Shown: positions 1-9,897 of the stretch, in pieces | How positions within the stretch are numbered: the stretch's first letter is position 1 | How the letters are laid out: every line of letters starts with the position of its first letter | Source: a virus | IMG/VR virus record: IMGVR_UViG_3300034684_000299 | Span: 64,001 to 128,000 of that record | DNA: 64,000 nucleotides | Strand: one strand, 5' to 3' | Program-made: the position numbers and the translations under genes | The notes under the pieces: generated by a model | The model's database searches: none | Seen by the model: only the letters and a program-made list of their open reading frames with translations | What the model was told of the DNA's origin: nothing

Positions 1-1318
1 CTGCCATCTTAAAATCTCTTAACTTGATTTTTATTTTTGGTAGATCTGTAAGTTTACTTATTTTTTCTGTCAAGAAATTAAAAATCTTATTCAAGCTTTC
101 TCTATAATTTATAAAATGGTTTTCTAACATTCTCAAAGAAACACTACTTCCTGACCAAGATAACCCTCCAAACATGAATTCTCTGGGTACACCTAATCCT
201 GCTATAATTTCATTTATAACTGAATTAATCTCTTGAAACACCATCAATGCTTTCCCTTCCCCACCTATTTTACCTTCTATTACTGGCATAGGAAAAGTTT
301 GAATAGCATTAGGATTTTTATCCCATTGAGTAAGTGCTTGTTTCATTTGAGTTTTCCATTTTCCTAAATTTAACATTCCAGTGATTCCAGCAGGACCTTG
401 CGTACCTATAACTACTTCTGTAGGAGGAGCTATATATCTTTTCATCATAATATGATCTTCCGCAATCGCAGTTTGAGCTCTTCTCAACATATTTAAATAA
501 AATACTTGATTCAATATAGGTTGCATAGGAGGTAATCCCCACCCTGGATACTTTAAAGATACACTAGGATATTTTGTATGTAATACATTTTTTGTTGTTA
601 GTTTTAATTCACTGTAATTTTGAATAATAGCATCTAACATCCATTTAGGAGTATGTTTCAAAAAGTCTATTTCTCTTTTGATACTTTCTTTATCGCTCTT
701 TTCTATTTTATAATAATATACTCTTTCGTCTGTAAAAGTGTTATATGCTATACGAATATTTATTGGATTCCAAAAAATCATTTTAAATCCGCTTATATCC
801 TTTATAGCTTGTTGATGTATCTCAGCCGGAACCTTTCTATTATATTTTTCTGATATTATCCATAACTGTTGATCCCTTATTTCCCAGTTTGGAACTTCAC
901 GATTGTTCCCTTTTTGTTTAATGTATTTCAAATTCAATATATCATTGTTATCATCTTTATTCAAAAATATGTTTCTGAAAGGTGGTAAAATTGTAGTAAA
1001 AACATTCCCATATACATTATAATATAAACCATATTCTATTAGCTTTTCTTTGACACCCATTTCTTCAAATATTTCTTTATACTTCTCTTTTACCCTTTCA
1101 TCTTTTGTTTCAAATTGTAATTCAGTGATTGGATATTCAGACATCTTGTATACTATAGCTGATATTATATGATTAGTCATATAATAATATTGCGACATCT
1201 TCAATAACTCAGAGATGTCGTCAGGTACGTAAAAATTTAAAGGATCAAATATTTTTCTATATCTGTCTCTTAAATAATTATAATTATAAGTTAATGGAAT
1301 ACTGTTGATTGCTGGCAT
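1..1318 (-). CDS. Portal protein (3' end truncated by window edge)
   Basis: Manual translation from ATG at 1318 stays open to base 1: MPAINSIPL...GWGLPPMQPILNQVFYLNMLRRAQ...IIAGLGVPREFMFGGLSWSGSSVSLRMLENHF, a portal-like signature. Missed by the ORF track because no stop lies in the window. Confidence 0.8.
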   Translation of the reverse strand, partial: MPAINSIPLTYNYNYLRDRYRKIFDPLNFYVPDDISELLKMSQYYYMTNHIISAIVYKMSEYPITELQFETKDERVKEKYKEIFEEMGVKEKLIEYGLYYNVYGNVFTTILPPFRNIFLNKDDNNDILNLKYIKQKGNNREVPNWEIRDQQLWIISEKYNRKVPAEIHQQAIKDISGFKMIFWNPINIRIAYNTFTDERVYYYKIEKSDKESIKREIDFLKHTPKWMLDAIIQNYSELKLTTKNVLHTKYPSVSLKYPGWGLPPMQPILNQVFYLNMLRRAQTAIAEDHIMMKRYIAPPTEVVIGTQGPAGITGMLNLGKWKTQMKQALTQWDKNPNAIQTFPMPVIEGKIGGEGKALMVFQEINSVINEIIAGLGVPREFMFGGLSWSGSSVSLRMLENHFINYRESLNKIFNFLTEKISKLTDLPKIKIKLRDFKMA

Positions 1319-1331
1319 AAAAAACCCCTTT

Positions 1332-1976
1332 CTAGAGCCAAGTATCTTCTATAGAAAAATTAATGAATTGTTCCAAAGCCTTATCCAGAATATATCTTTT
1401 CTTTAATTGTATTTCATCGAATTCTTCAAATCCGCCATTGTTCAATACTTCTACTATATCTTGTCTACCTTTGATTTTTTCATATAAATCATCAAGCCTT
1501 TTATTTACGTTTGGTATCTCTATTTCAAAATGTTTTAACAATGGATGAGAAGTAACCAGTCCAAATTGTTTAGTCCAAGTCTGCACAATATATTTTTTTA
1601 CCTCTTCACTAAACTTTCCATCTGGTCTATGTTCTTTCAAAAGATGTAAAGTAATTATTAATTCAATATCTTCTATTGGTGATAAGATCCAAGCTTCACC
1701 AAGTCCATCTACTATAAAATTTGCTACATTATGAAAAACTTGCCATTGAGTAAATACTTGGTCTGAAGTCAATAGAGTCTTATATGCATTCAATTTATTT
1801 TTTAAACTTTCAGACATTCTAACTCCTAAATATTTAGCAATATAATATTCCAATGTCTCGACGGAATTATTTATAGTAATATCTATTCCTTTTGTCTTCA
1901 AAAATCTTTTCAAAACAGCAAAGATTTTCTCCAGATTTATAGAATTGGGCTCAGTAATCAATGATAAATTTGACAT
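1332..1976 (-). CDS. Hypothetical protein (virion module)
   Basis: 214-aa ORF co-oriented and tightly packed between structural genes. Confidence 0.6.
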   Translation of the reverse strand: MSNLSLITEPNSINLEKIFAVLKRFLKTKGIDITINNSVETLEYYIAKYLGVRMSESLKNKLNAYKTLLTSDQVFTQWQVFHNVANFIVDGLGEAWILSPIEDIELIITLHLLKEHRPDGKFSEEVKKYIVQTWTKQFGLVTSHPLLKHFEIEIPNVNKRLDDLYEKIKGRQDIVEVLNNGGFEEFDEIQLKKRYILDKALEQFINFSIEDTWL

Positions 1977-1980
1977 TGAA

Positions 1981-3057
1981 TTAGACTTCCTTTATCTTAT
2001 CTAAAATAAATTGTTGAATTTCGAATGGCAAATCAGGCCATACTATTTCTGGATTTTCTAACAAAGCTTCCACAGTATCTTTATCTAATATACCTTGTAA
2101 TTCATTTGCAACAGAATATAATTCTGTCAATGTAGGCATTATTAATGCATCTTTTTCATATTGATCCATCCAACTATTCATAACTTCTTCAGGAGTCCCA
2201 ATAATTGGATAATACTTATCTAAAGACGCAAGTTTATCCAATTGTCTTAACCTTTCAGTAAATTGTTGCGGTGTATAATAACTTGATATTTTATATAATT
2301 TTTTATATCCTTCTTTAATACTAGCTTCTTTTGTCATGTTAGCTCTTTTTTCTATAATTTCATGTAAGTTTTCAGGATAATATTTTACTTCCGCATACTT
2401 TTTTAATGGATTATCGTCCGATATTTCTATATTGTATTGCTTAGCTTTCGTTATAATATTCTTTGCTAATTTTGACCTTTGATCAGCCGGCATATCTTGG
2501 TAAACTTTACCATACATTTTTATCGCAGCTCTAACATGATTTTCGTCGGGCATAGGGAATTTTCTTATCTTTTTCCCATCTTGATTAATAACCAATCCAA
2601 AAGCTGAATCCGGTAAAGATTCTCTTTCTTGATAACTCAGTTTTGATGCGGTTTTCTTCATTAAAAAATCTCTTTGTGCCGGTACTTGTTCTTCTGTAAA
2701 ATAAATAACAGGATATTCTGGATTGTAATCTTTAGCCATGTTGGCATATTTTTGTATACTGTTAGATATAGATACCCCATATTTTTCTCCTGCATATGCT
2801 AGACGCTTAGCAACTTTATTTATGCAGGTAATAGGTAATTTTTCTGCAGTCTTTTTAAAATATTCTAAAGAGACTTTTGTATTTTCCTCAGAATCTATTG
2901 GATATTTTGGATATGAATTAAATTTATTATCTTTAATGATAATAGCATGATTGAACGCAGAAGGTCGTGACATTGAAGCGTACTTTTTAAATTCTTCCCC
3001 AATTTTTTCAAAACCATCATCAAACTGATCGTACACTTCTCCAATTAAGGTAAACAT
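1981..3057 (-). CDS. Putative internal head protein with DUF6582-like motif
   Basis: LSYQERESLPDSAFGL...RKFPMPDENHVRAAI resembles the DUF6582-type phage motif; at least 10 K-x-A sites. Confidence 0.55.
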   Translation of the reverse strand: MFTLIGEVYDQFDDGFEKIGEEFKKYASMSRPSAFNHAIIIKDNKFNSYPKYPIDSEENTKVSLEYFKKTAEKLPITCINKVAKRLAYAGEKYGVSISNSIQKYANMAKDYNPEYPVIYFTEEQVPAQRDFLMKKTASKLSYQERESLPDSAFGLVINQDGKKIRKFPMPDENHVRAAIKMYGKVYQDMPADQRSKLAKNIITKAKQYNIEISDDNPLKKYAEVKYYPENLHEIIEKRANMTKEASIKEGYKKLYKISSYYTPQQFTERLRQLDKLASLDKYYPIIGTPEEVMNSWMDQYEKDALIMPTLTELYSVANELQGILDKDTVEALLENPEIVWPDLPFEIQQFILDKIKEV

Positions 3058-3062
3058 TTAAA

Positions 3063-3734
3063 TCACCTCGCAGCTTCTTCATCAAAAGTAACAGGTTCAA
3101 TTCTTGAGAACACAAATTGCATGTTTTCTGCTATCATAACTGTATTAGCTGATACACTTAGAGAATAAGCGTTAAGTACACAATTTTTCAATTCAATTAT
3201 TCTATCTGGATATTCTATAGAATTGTATCCACCTATATTTTCAGCACCAGTCGCAGTATCGCCACTAATGTTCGTATCTAATGAAGTACCTTTTTTATAC
3301 ATCGCAATTAATAAAGATACTGGGTCTTCAAATATCTCGTGTAATATGCTAAATACAACTCTTCTTTTTTGTACAGGATAATTAAAATAGTAATCTTGAT
3401 TGTCTTTTACAAAATTAAAATATTTTAATAAATTGCCTGTATTCACTAACAATTTAGATATACCTAATGTACCATCTACACCGTTTTCAGCAAAATCTGA
3501 TACATTAGAACCTAACTCAAAGAATCTTTGCATTTGTTTCGTTTGATTCATGGTTAAATTTTGGACTTTACCTATTGGTAAAAGATCGGTTGCATCACTA
3601 AAATTGTTAACTATCTTGAAAGCATTCAAATCCTGTTTAATTGGCAACATGAACAATATATGATTACTTTTTACAAAGTCATTTGCAGTATACTGGTTAT
3701 CGTTGACTAATTGAGTTTTTGGGTCCCAAGCCAT
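3063..3734 (-). CDS. Tail tube-like protein 2
   Basis: PIGKVQNLTMNQTKQMQRFFELGS motif, paralogous to the adjacent ORF; downstream of sheath. Confidence 0.65.
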   Translation of the reverse strand: MAWDPKTQLVNDNQYTANDFVKSNHILFMLPIKQDLNAFKIVNNFSDATDLLPIGKVQNLTMNQTKQMQRFFELGSNVSDFAENGVDGTLGISKLLVNTGNLLKYFNFVKDNQDYYFNYPVQKRRVVFSILHEIFEDPVSLLIAMYKKGTSLDTNISGDTATGAENIGGYNSIEYPDRIIELKNCVLNAYSLSVSANTVMIAENMQFVFSRIEPVTFDEEAAR

Positions 3735-3749
3735 TCATTATTCCCCCCT

Positions 3750-4295
3750 TCAGGCTATATCTTCTATTTTTGTAAATAAAAAAGTAGCCGATTCTATTAC
3801 AACTGGTTGTCCAGCAGATACATTGAGACTTTTATCCTGTATTTTCGCCTTTTCTATTCTTGATTTACCTACTATTGAAGCACTGAATCCAGTTATATCG
3901 TTTAATAAATCTGCTTCTTTTGGATCAAAAGCAACGAGAATAAAGTTAGTAGTTTTTCCAAAAGTTTGTAAAAGATCCATCTCTAATTTAGATACGTCGT
4001 TATGTGTAGCAGCTATAATGCCTTCATTAAAAACGAGTACTTTATTTAGACTTATACTACCTTGAAAAGGACCTGGCAAATATATTGGTACCAAACTTCC
4101 AATTTCCTTTATAGGTTGCGTCATTCTATATTCTTGCAATGTAATATCTTGCAAAAGTCCCATTGGTATATATTCAACAGAACCATTGATAACTGATTCT
4201 CTATACAATGCAAATCTATAAGAGGCTAATAATTCCGAATCATTAGTTGAAATCATCTTTTCAACTTCTTGATCTAAATTCCATTCAGTTGCCAT
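3750..4295 (-). CDS. Tail tube-like protein 1
   Basis: PMGLLQDITLQEYRMTQPIKEIGS motif, first gene after sheath; start moved to the ATG at 4295 behind a G-rich SD. Confidence 0.7.
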   Translation of the reverse strand: MATEWNLDQEVEKMISTNDSELLASYRFALYRESVINGSVEYIPMGLLQDITLQEYRMTQPIKEIGSLVPIYLPGPFQGSISLNKVLVFNEGIIAATHNDVSKLEMDLLQTFGKTTNFILVAFDPKEADLLNDITGFSASIVGKSRIEKAKIQDKSLNVSAGQPVVIESATFLFTKIEDIA

Positions 4296-4329
4296 ATTTT
4301 GTTTTCCCCCCTTATCAATAAAAATGGGC

Positions 4330-4349
4330 AAAAGGGGATATTAATCCCC
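4330..4349 (-). terminator. Possible intrinsic terminator between sheath and tube genes
   Basis: GGGGAT-atta-ATCCCC hairpin followed by a short T run on the minus strand. Confidence 0.4.
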
Positions 4350-4355
4350 CGTTTT

Positions 4356-6380
4356 TTATCTGGTTCTAACTTTAAGAGTTATAATTCCACCTTTCATAGG
4401 TAATTCTGGGAAGTAATTAATTGTTAAATTAATATACTTTGGATTTTCCGGGTCTGCTCCATATTCACTTACTGTAACATCGTTTCCTATTAACCCCATA
4501 TTAGCATGTTCTTTCAACCTTGCATTCACTATATCAACTATCAACCTTATAGAACTCATTGTAAGTTGTTGCGTATTTTTAAGTTTGTTTTGTACTACAT
4601 TGTTTATATCTTTAGCCGACCAATCAACAGAACTTACAACTGAATGTTCACTACCTTTAGAATCCAACGTATCAGTAGTAACTTGATCGACTAATGTTGG
4701 AGCCCCTTCTACACCTTGCTCTAATACCATTAACCCTGCAGAAGAAAGAGTTTCTATTTGTAATTCATTAAAATAAAGTCTATTATCTAATGGATAATAA
4801 ATACCAATAATTTCAGGCAAAGATTGATACGTTAACTGATAATGAGGTGTAGATTCATTCATGTACTTTGTAGTTAACGCCATAACAGCACATGCACCAT
4901 AAATCCCAGGAACTGGATAATTTATTCCTTTATAATTAACTTTCAAAACTGGGTTGAATATTATATCTATTCTTTTTTCATTTATACTATCCATCTTTGA
5001 TATAATATCTTCAACAATAGCTTGTTTATCGTTTAGAGCAAAGTTGGTCGACGCATCATTGAACCCGTTGAAACCTAATGCAAATTTGACATAATCCAAT
5101 TTGCTTTCTCTTTCTTTGATATAAGCATTTATTTGAGGAAGTATTGAAAATCCTGATAAAACAGTATATGCGTATACTCCTCGTTCTCCCATATAATTTA
5201 GTTTATCTTGTATATCAACCATATCGTTAAGGTCAAATATAGAATCAAAATCGTTAGAACTAGAAGTTGACGCTATAGCATAAACGCCTTGACCGGAACC
5301 AGAAATATGTAAATAACAACCGTACGCAATTGGATTCAATGGATGTATAACGCCAAATTTAGTTTCAATATCTCCTATATTTTGTATATATTGTAAAGAA
5401 GAATAAATTGGATTATCTATGTTATATTCAACAGTTAATGTTTTATCCGTCATGTCGTATGTTGGATTTATATAAATTAATCCTTTCATTGGATCTACCC
5501 AATATTCCGGGTCCACAAAACCTGAATCAGAAAAATCTCTATCTTGTAAAAAATCTGGATAATAAACAAATTCTTCTTCCATTGGTGTTGCTGGCGTGGT
5601 TGAAGTATCCAACCAAGTTGCTTTTACTGTTAAATAAGATGTTGGATTGGTTTCAGAAAATTTTATAGGGTTGTCTCTCAACTCGAAAACAGTTTGATTT
5701 AAACTCATCGTTTGTGTAACCAAAGAGAAAGATTGTGAAGCACCTAAAGTTACTTTTTTCTGAGCCTTGTATTCTACAAGAATTGCAAAGCTTGAATTAG
5801 AATTACCTGTTCCATCTATTAGTATTGGTCTTGTTTCACCAGCCATGTTCACTGGAACTGGTGGTGTTCCTGCACCATCAACTAAAAATTTTGGAATAAC
5901 TATTTTATCAGCTGTTATACCACTTGGCACTGTATTACCAAAATCATCCATCCATTCATTTTCTTTAACTACCTTAGTTATATCTACATAAGATACATCT
6001 ATTTCAGGAACTTTCATAGGAGGAAATCCTCTGAAATATTCCCTTGAAAAATTTCTTATTCCTATATCAAAAGATACCGACCCTGGAATGAGATATACTT
6101 TGACAGAATTTAAATCCACTACATCGTATAATTCGTTTCTTTTTGGATAGCTAACAATAAAATTATCAACTTCTCCTGTCTTATACGTTATCCTTTGCCC
6201 CAATGAATCTACAACAAGGGCATCTTGTCCTTCTATTACAATGTTACTGGCACCAATTATTCCAGCTGGAAATCTTGGTATTTGTGTAGTTAATTGAGGT
6301 TCCAAAATATATTCTTGTTTGACTTTAAAGCCTGGTTTTCTGTATGCCATTTTATTTACCGTTATTTTATAACGGCTCAC
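4356..6380 (-). CDS. Tail sheath protein
   Basis: 674 aa; C-terminal INYFPELPMKGGIITLKV typical of contractile sheaths; lies between neck genes and tube genes. Confidence 0.8.
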   Translation of the reverse strand: MSRYKITVNKMAYRKPGFKVKQEYILEPQLTTQIPRFPAGIIGASNIVIEGQDALVVDSLGQRITYKTGEVDNFIVSYPKRNELYDVVDLNSVKVYLIPGSVSFDIGIRNFSREYFRGFPPMKVPEIDVSYVDITKVVKENEWMDDFGNTVPSGITADKIVIPKFLVDGAGTPPVPVNMAGETRPILIDGTGNSNSSFAILVEYKAQKKVTLGASQSFSLVTQTMSLNQTVFELRDNPIKFSETNPTSYLTVKATWLDTSTTPATPMEEEFVYYPDFLQDRDFSDSGFVDPEYWVDPMKGLIYINPTYDMTDKTLTVEYNIDNPIYSSLQYIQNIGDIETKFGVIHPLNPIAYGCYLHISGSGQGVYAIASTSSSNDFDSIFDLNDMVDIQDKLNYMGERGVYAYTVLSGFSILPQINAYIKERESKLDYVKFALGFNGFNDASTNFALNDKQAIVEDIISKMDSINEKRIDIIFNPVLKVNYKGINYPVPGIYGACAVMALTTKYMNESTPHYQLTYQSLPEIIGIYYPLDNRLYFNELQIETLSSAGLMVLEQGVEGAPTLVDQVTTDTLDSKGSEHSVVSSVDWSAKDINNVVQNKLKNTQQLTMSSIRLIVDIVNARLKEHANMGLIGNDVTVSEYGADPENPKYINLTINYFPELPMKGGIITLKVRTR

Positions 6381-6445
6381 CCCTCCTTCTTAAACTTTTC
6401 TTTCATTTAATTTTATCATCTTTGATTTTGATACTTAGTAAAATA

Positions 6446-7015
6446 CTATTCCTCATCTACCAGATTAGCAATTACTTTAACCTTTTCAAAAATACTTTCA
6501 ACTAATTTGTAATCTATTTCATAATTAAATAGAACATCAGCTTGAACGGGAATATTGTATAAAATTTTAGCATTATCCTGTATTATCATTGCAGACCCTA
6601 TTCCTGCCGGTTCTACTTCATGAAAGAATCTTTCAAACGTATTTTTATACTTTTTGAGTTGCATAAAATATTGTGTTGCTAATCTATATCCTTCAGTTTC
6701 ATTTGGAGTTATAAAATTTATTATTACATTTGTAGATAATAAAAAAGTATGTAACCCTTTAGTATATAAAGTTGAACCCGTTTCATTAGGAAAAAAATTA
6801 GTAGCATCACTAATTCCAGCAACATCAACTAAAACTATCAACCGTTTATTTCCTTTGTTATTGAATTCAACAGTATTGAATGCAAATCTCAAATCATAAT
6901 CTTCTTCATCTAAACTCATCACTTCTTTTAAAAAATAATCTAAGTGATCGATGAAAACCGCTCCAATAATTTCATGAAAAGACCAGTTATATCCCTCTGC
7001 AGTCTCCGTATCCAT
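6446..7015 (-). CDS. Putative tail completion/terminator protein
   Basis: Size and position immediately upstream of sheath. Confidence 0.45.
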   Translation of the reverse strand: MDTETAEGYNWSFHEIIGAVFIDHLDYFLKEVMSLDEEDYDLRFAFNTVEFNNKGNKRLIVLVDVAGISDATNFFPNETGSTLYTKGLHTFLLSTNVIINFITPNETEGYRLATQYFMQLKKYKNTFERFFHEVEPAGIGSAMIIQDNAKILYNIPVQADVLFNYEIDYKLVESIFEKVKVIANLVDEE

Positions 7016-7533
7016 GGTAATGCCTCCCCTAATGATTCTCTTGCTTCAGTTACTGCTTCTTCTATGCTGTTAACAACGGTATTTCTTAAATAATATCTCG
7101 GAGCTATTCCTGGATTCCACCATCCACCTTGTTCAAGAGAACGTTCAGATACATATCTTATAATAGTTGTCCCATCTTTCAATTTTATAGGTACTCGTTT
7201 GCCTCTTAAATATGTCATTTGTCGGGGACTTGTTCCTTGTTCTAAAAAGTTGAAGATTTTATTTGAAGAAATTATTCTAACACCACTAGCTTCTGGTGTT
7301 ACTTTGATTCCTTCTACAAATCTTTTAACAGCTCTATTTGATAATCTCTCATCGTTAAGTAAAGTCAACTTTATATTTTGCCTTATAGCTCTAGCAATAG
7401 CACGTGTTGATAACTGATTGATATCAGCCCACGTCAAAAGGTACGTAAGTTCGTTCCCCCGCCGTACTGTATTTAGTGTGAAACGATAGGAATCTACGTA
7501 AAATATCATATCTCTCCACCACTTCTCCAACAA
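6940..7533 (-). CDS. Putative neck/tail-completion protein (HK97 gp10-like)
   Basis: FLEQGTSPRQM...WWNPGIAPRYYL resembles the E-x-GT...PG..PR motif of this family; start uncertain. Confidence 0.5.
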   Translation of the reverse strand: MLEKWWRDMIFYVDSYRFTLNTVRRGNELTYLLTWADINQLSTRAIARAIRQNIKLTLLNDERLSNRAVKRFVEGIKVTPEASGVRIISSNKIFNFLEQGTSPRQMTYLRGKRVPIKLKDGTTIIRYVSERSLEQGGWWNPGIAPRYYLRNTVVNSIEEAVTEARESLGEALPWIRRLQRDITGLFMKLLERFSSIT

Positions 7534-8242
7534 TTGATTGGTACAATATTCTATTCAAATTGGATACAAATTTAGAACCAACTATTTTTACAACAAGATC
7601 TTGCGTATCAAAATATAAAAAATCACCTTCATAAGAAGGTATTTGTAAATCTGCTATAATAGATATACTTTGACTCGATATGATGGGTTTTTGATTAGTT
7701 CGTCTATATGGATCCATAGTATATATCCCATAGAACTCAGTACCGGGAACGTATCCTCCTACTATACCTGTACCAAAACATTTGGTACAGTTTGGATCAC
7801 CAGCTTTTTTTAGTGTGGGATTATAACATTCACAGATTTCCCCACCTCTTTTGAGCTTAAAAAGATACCCATGTACCCCCCCGCCAAGCTTCATCTTGAT
7901 ATTCAATTCTTCTCTCATTTTTTCAACAACAGGGTCTTCTTTCCAACTTATATATATCGGGTCTGTTTTGTATTCTGTATTAGTTTTAGTATCTACTAAT
8001 ACAAGTTGATATCCTATATATCTATTAAATAAATGTGAATCCTCTTTATACAAAACATCTCGATAAAATTCAACAAATTCAGGCAACTTTATTTTTTTTG
8101 TAATATTCTCAGGATTATCTAAAAATCGGTATAAGTACATATCCCATCTATTAACATCAAATACATGGGCTTTGTTGAACTTCCATACTAACATGTAACC
8201 TAATGGGTCTACATATACTTGAAAATCATCTATATATTTCAC
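7424..8242 (-). CDS. Putative head-closure/neck protein with Zn finger
   Basis: CEC...DPNCTKCFGTGIVGGY Cys motif; position in the neck cluster. Confidence 0.55.
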   Translation of the reverse strand: MKYIDDFQVYVDPLGYMLVWKFNKAHVFDVNRWDMYLYRFLDNPENITKKIKLPEFVEFYRDVLYKEDSHLFNRYIGYQLVLVDTKTNTEYKTDPIYISWKEDPVVEKMREELNIKMKLGGGVHGYLFKLKRGGEICECYNPTLKKAGDPNCTKCFGTGIVGGYVPGTEFYGIYTMDPYRRTNQKPIISSQSISIIADLQIPSYEGDFLYFDTQDLVVKIVGSKFVSNLNRILYQSIVGEVVERYDILRRFLSFHTKYSTAGERTYVPFDVG

Positions 8243-8270
8243 AATGAAAAAAGCCCCTTTTTATGAAACT

Positions 8271-8930
8271 TTAATATCCCCACCAATAGTCCCAATTTGT
8301 CAATGTTTCTGCTTCGTAAGAACCCCAAGCAGCATCCCAATTAGCTTGCCTTTTATATTCACCTAAATAGAATTGATATTTCGAATGAAACACATTGAAC
8401 CATTTCTCAAAATATGGAGATTTATCCAAATCGATAGTTACTTCTCCGCCTTGCCATGGTACATTGTTTCTACCCGCTACGTCGGATAATCTTCTGTATG
8501 CATGTGATAATGTGCCATAGATAATTATGGGGTCTATCTTACCGTATGCTTCTGGAATAGTTAGTTTTGCAGTTAATGGTGGAGTCATATTGAATTCTTG
8601 AAGTGTCAATTGAATTAATTCTATATATTGTCTATCACTGTAAAATGCTTTATTCATAAGTTTATTTACTTCAGGGTAATCGCCAATCAACGCCCTTATT
8701 GAGGATATCCAACTTTTATATATATTTATAAGTGAATCGTTTACTAAACTTTTAAAAATAATTTGTAAATAATTTTTTTGGGGTGTACCATCTATTAATT
8801 TGGTTAAATTACTAAAATTAATTTCATTAACAAAAAAATTGGCATGTATTAGATTTTCAAAAGAAATACTTTTTGCCATGTATACTTCATTATTAACTTC
8901 TATTTCAAAACTATTAATAGTAATTGGCAT
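8271..8930 (-). CDS. Putative head-tail adaptor
   Basis: Helical 219-aa protein between capsid and neck genes. Confidence 0.45.
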   Translation of the reverse strand: MPITINSFEIEVNNEVYMAKSISFENLIHANFFVNEINFSNLTKLIDGTPQKNYLQIIFKSLVNDSLINIYKSWISSIRALIGDYPEVNKLMNKAFYSDRQYIELIQLTLQEFNMTPPLTAKLTIPEAYGKIDPIIIYGTLSHAYRRLSDVAGRNNVPWQGGEVTIDLDKSPYFEKWFNVFHSKYQFYLGEYKRQANWDAAWGSYEAETLTNWDYWWGY

Positions 8931-8964
8931 AATTACGTCTCCTTATTGAGTTTACTAGGAGATA

Positions 8965-9393
8965 CTATTTATCTTGAGTTTTACCAAAAAAAGCATCTAA
9001 CTTTTCAATTATTTCTTTCTTAGTATCGCTTGAATTAATATCCACTCCATGTTTTTCAGCTAATGCAACTAAATCTGCTTTAGTCATATTATCTGAATAT
9101 TCAACCTGTTCAGATGGAGCTTTTTCTAAATTTTCTTCTCTTTCCTTTACCACTTCTGCTGGTTCCTCAATTGGTACAGGTGATTTTTCAGGAGCTACGA
9201 CGTCCTTAACTTCTTTCACTTCTTGATATTTGATATATCCTAAATTTTGTAATACTCTTAAATCATATAATGCTCTTTCTTCATTATCTTCTTCAACTAC
9301 ATAATCCACTTCTTTGCCAGCCGGAATAGCTTGAAATCTATACAATATTCTCACTGGAAATTTAGATACATTTTTTACTTTGAATGTTTTCAT
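8965..9393 (-). CDS. Protein with C-terminal HeH/SAP-like domain
   Basis: MTKADLVALAEKHGVDINSSDTKKEIIEKL helix-extension-helix motif; directly after the capsid genes. Confidence 0.6.
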   Translation of the reverse strand: MKTFKVKNVSKFPVRILYRFQAIPAGKEVDYVVEEDNEERALYDLRVLQNLGYIKYQEVKEVKDVVAPEKSPVPIEEPAEVVKEREENLEKAPSEQVEYSDNMTKADLVALAEKHGVDINSSDTKKEIIEKLDAFFGKTQDK

Positions 9394-9447
9394 GTTATTT
9401 TGATGCCATAATTAAAATAGCATCATTCCCTCCTTTCTTGTAATATG

Positions 9448-9798
9448 TTACATTCCACCTTTCAAAGCTTCTAATTTTTCTATAGTTATTTTTTTGTTAT
9501 CGATTTTGGGATTACCCGTTTTTTTCAAACTTTCTATATATTTTAAATTTTCTTCCTTTTTGGCTTTTAAATACTCTTCACCCTTCTTATAAAATTCCTT
9601 AAATTCCTTTTCAAATTTTTCTTTTTCAGCTTCTTCAAAACTAACCGGTTTTAAATATCCTAATTTTGTTAACTCTTCTAATTGTTCTAAAAGATCAGAA
9701 TCAGCTGTTAACAAATCTACATGTATATTACTATCAGGTTCATACAATTTTTTACCCCAAATTCTCACATGACCATTCTGTGTTTTAAATTTCGCCAT
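9448..9798 (-). CDS. Hypothetical protein
   Basis: 116-aa ORF with SD (GGAGG), downstream of major capsid. Confidence 0.6.
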   Translation of the reverse strand: MAKFKTQNGHVRIWGKKLYEPDSNIHVDLLTADSDLLEQLEELTKLGYLKPVSFEEAEKEKFEKEFKEFYKKGEEYLKAKKEENLKYIESLKKTGNPKIDNKKITIEKLEALKGGM

Positions 9799-9897
9799 TT
9801 TTTCCAGTACCTCCTTAACTTTTTTTGAAAAATGAAAGGGGATAGCCCTTTTTGTTTTTTTACAAATATTTCTATCCCCCTATTACCCATCAAAAAA

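Noticed and set aside
318-542. 74-aa minus-strand ORF in the track
   Set aside because: It is an alternative frame inside the portal gene, which runs 1318 to <1.
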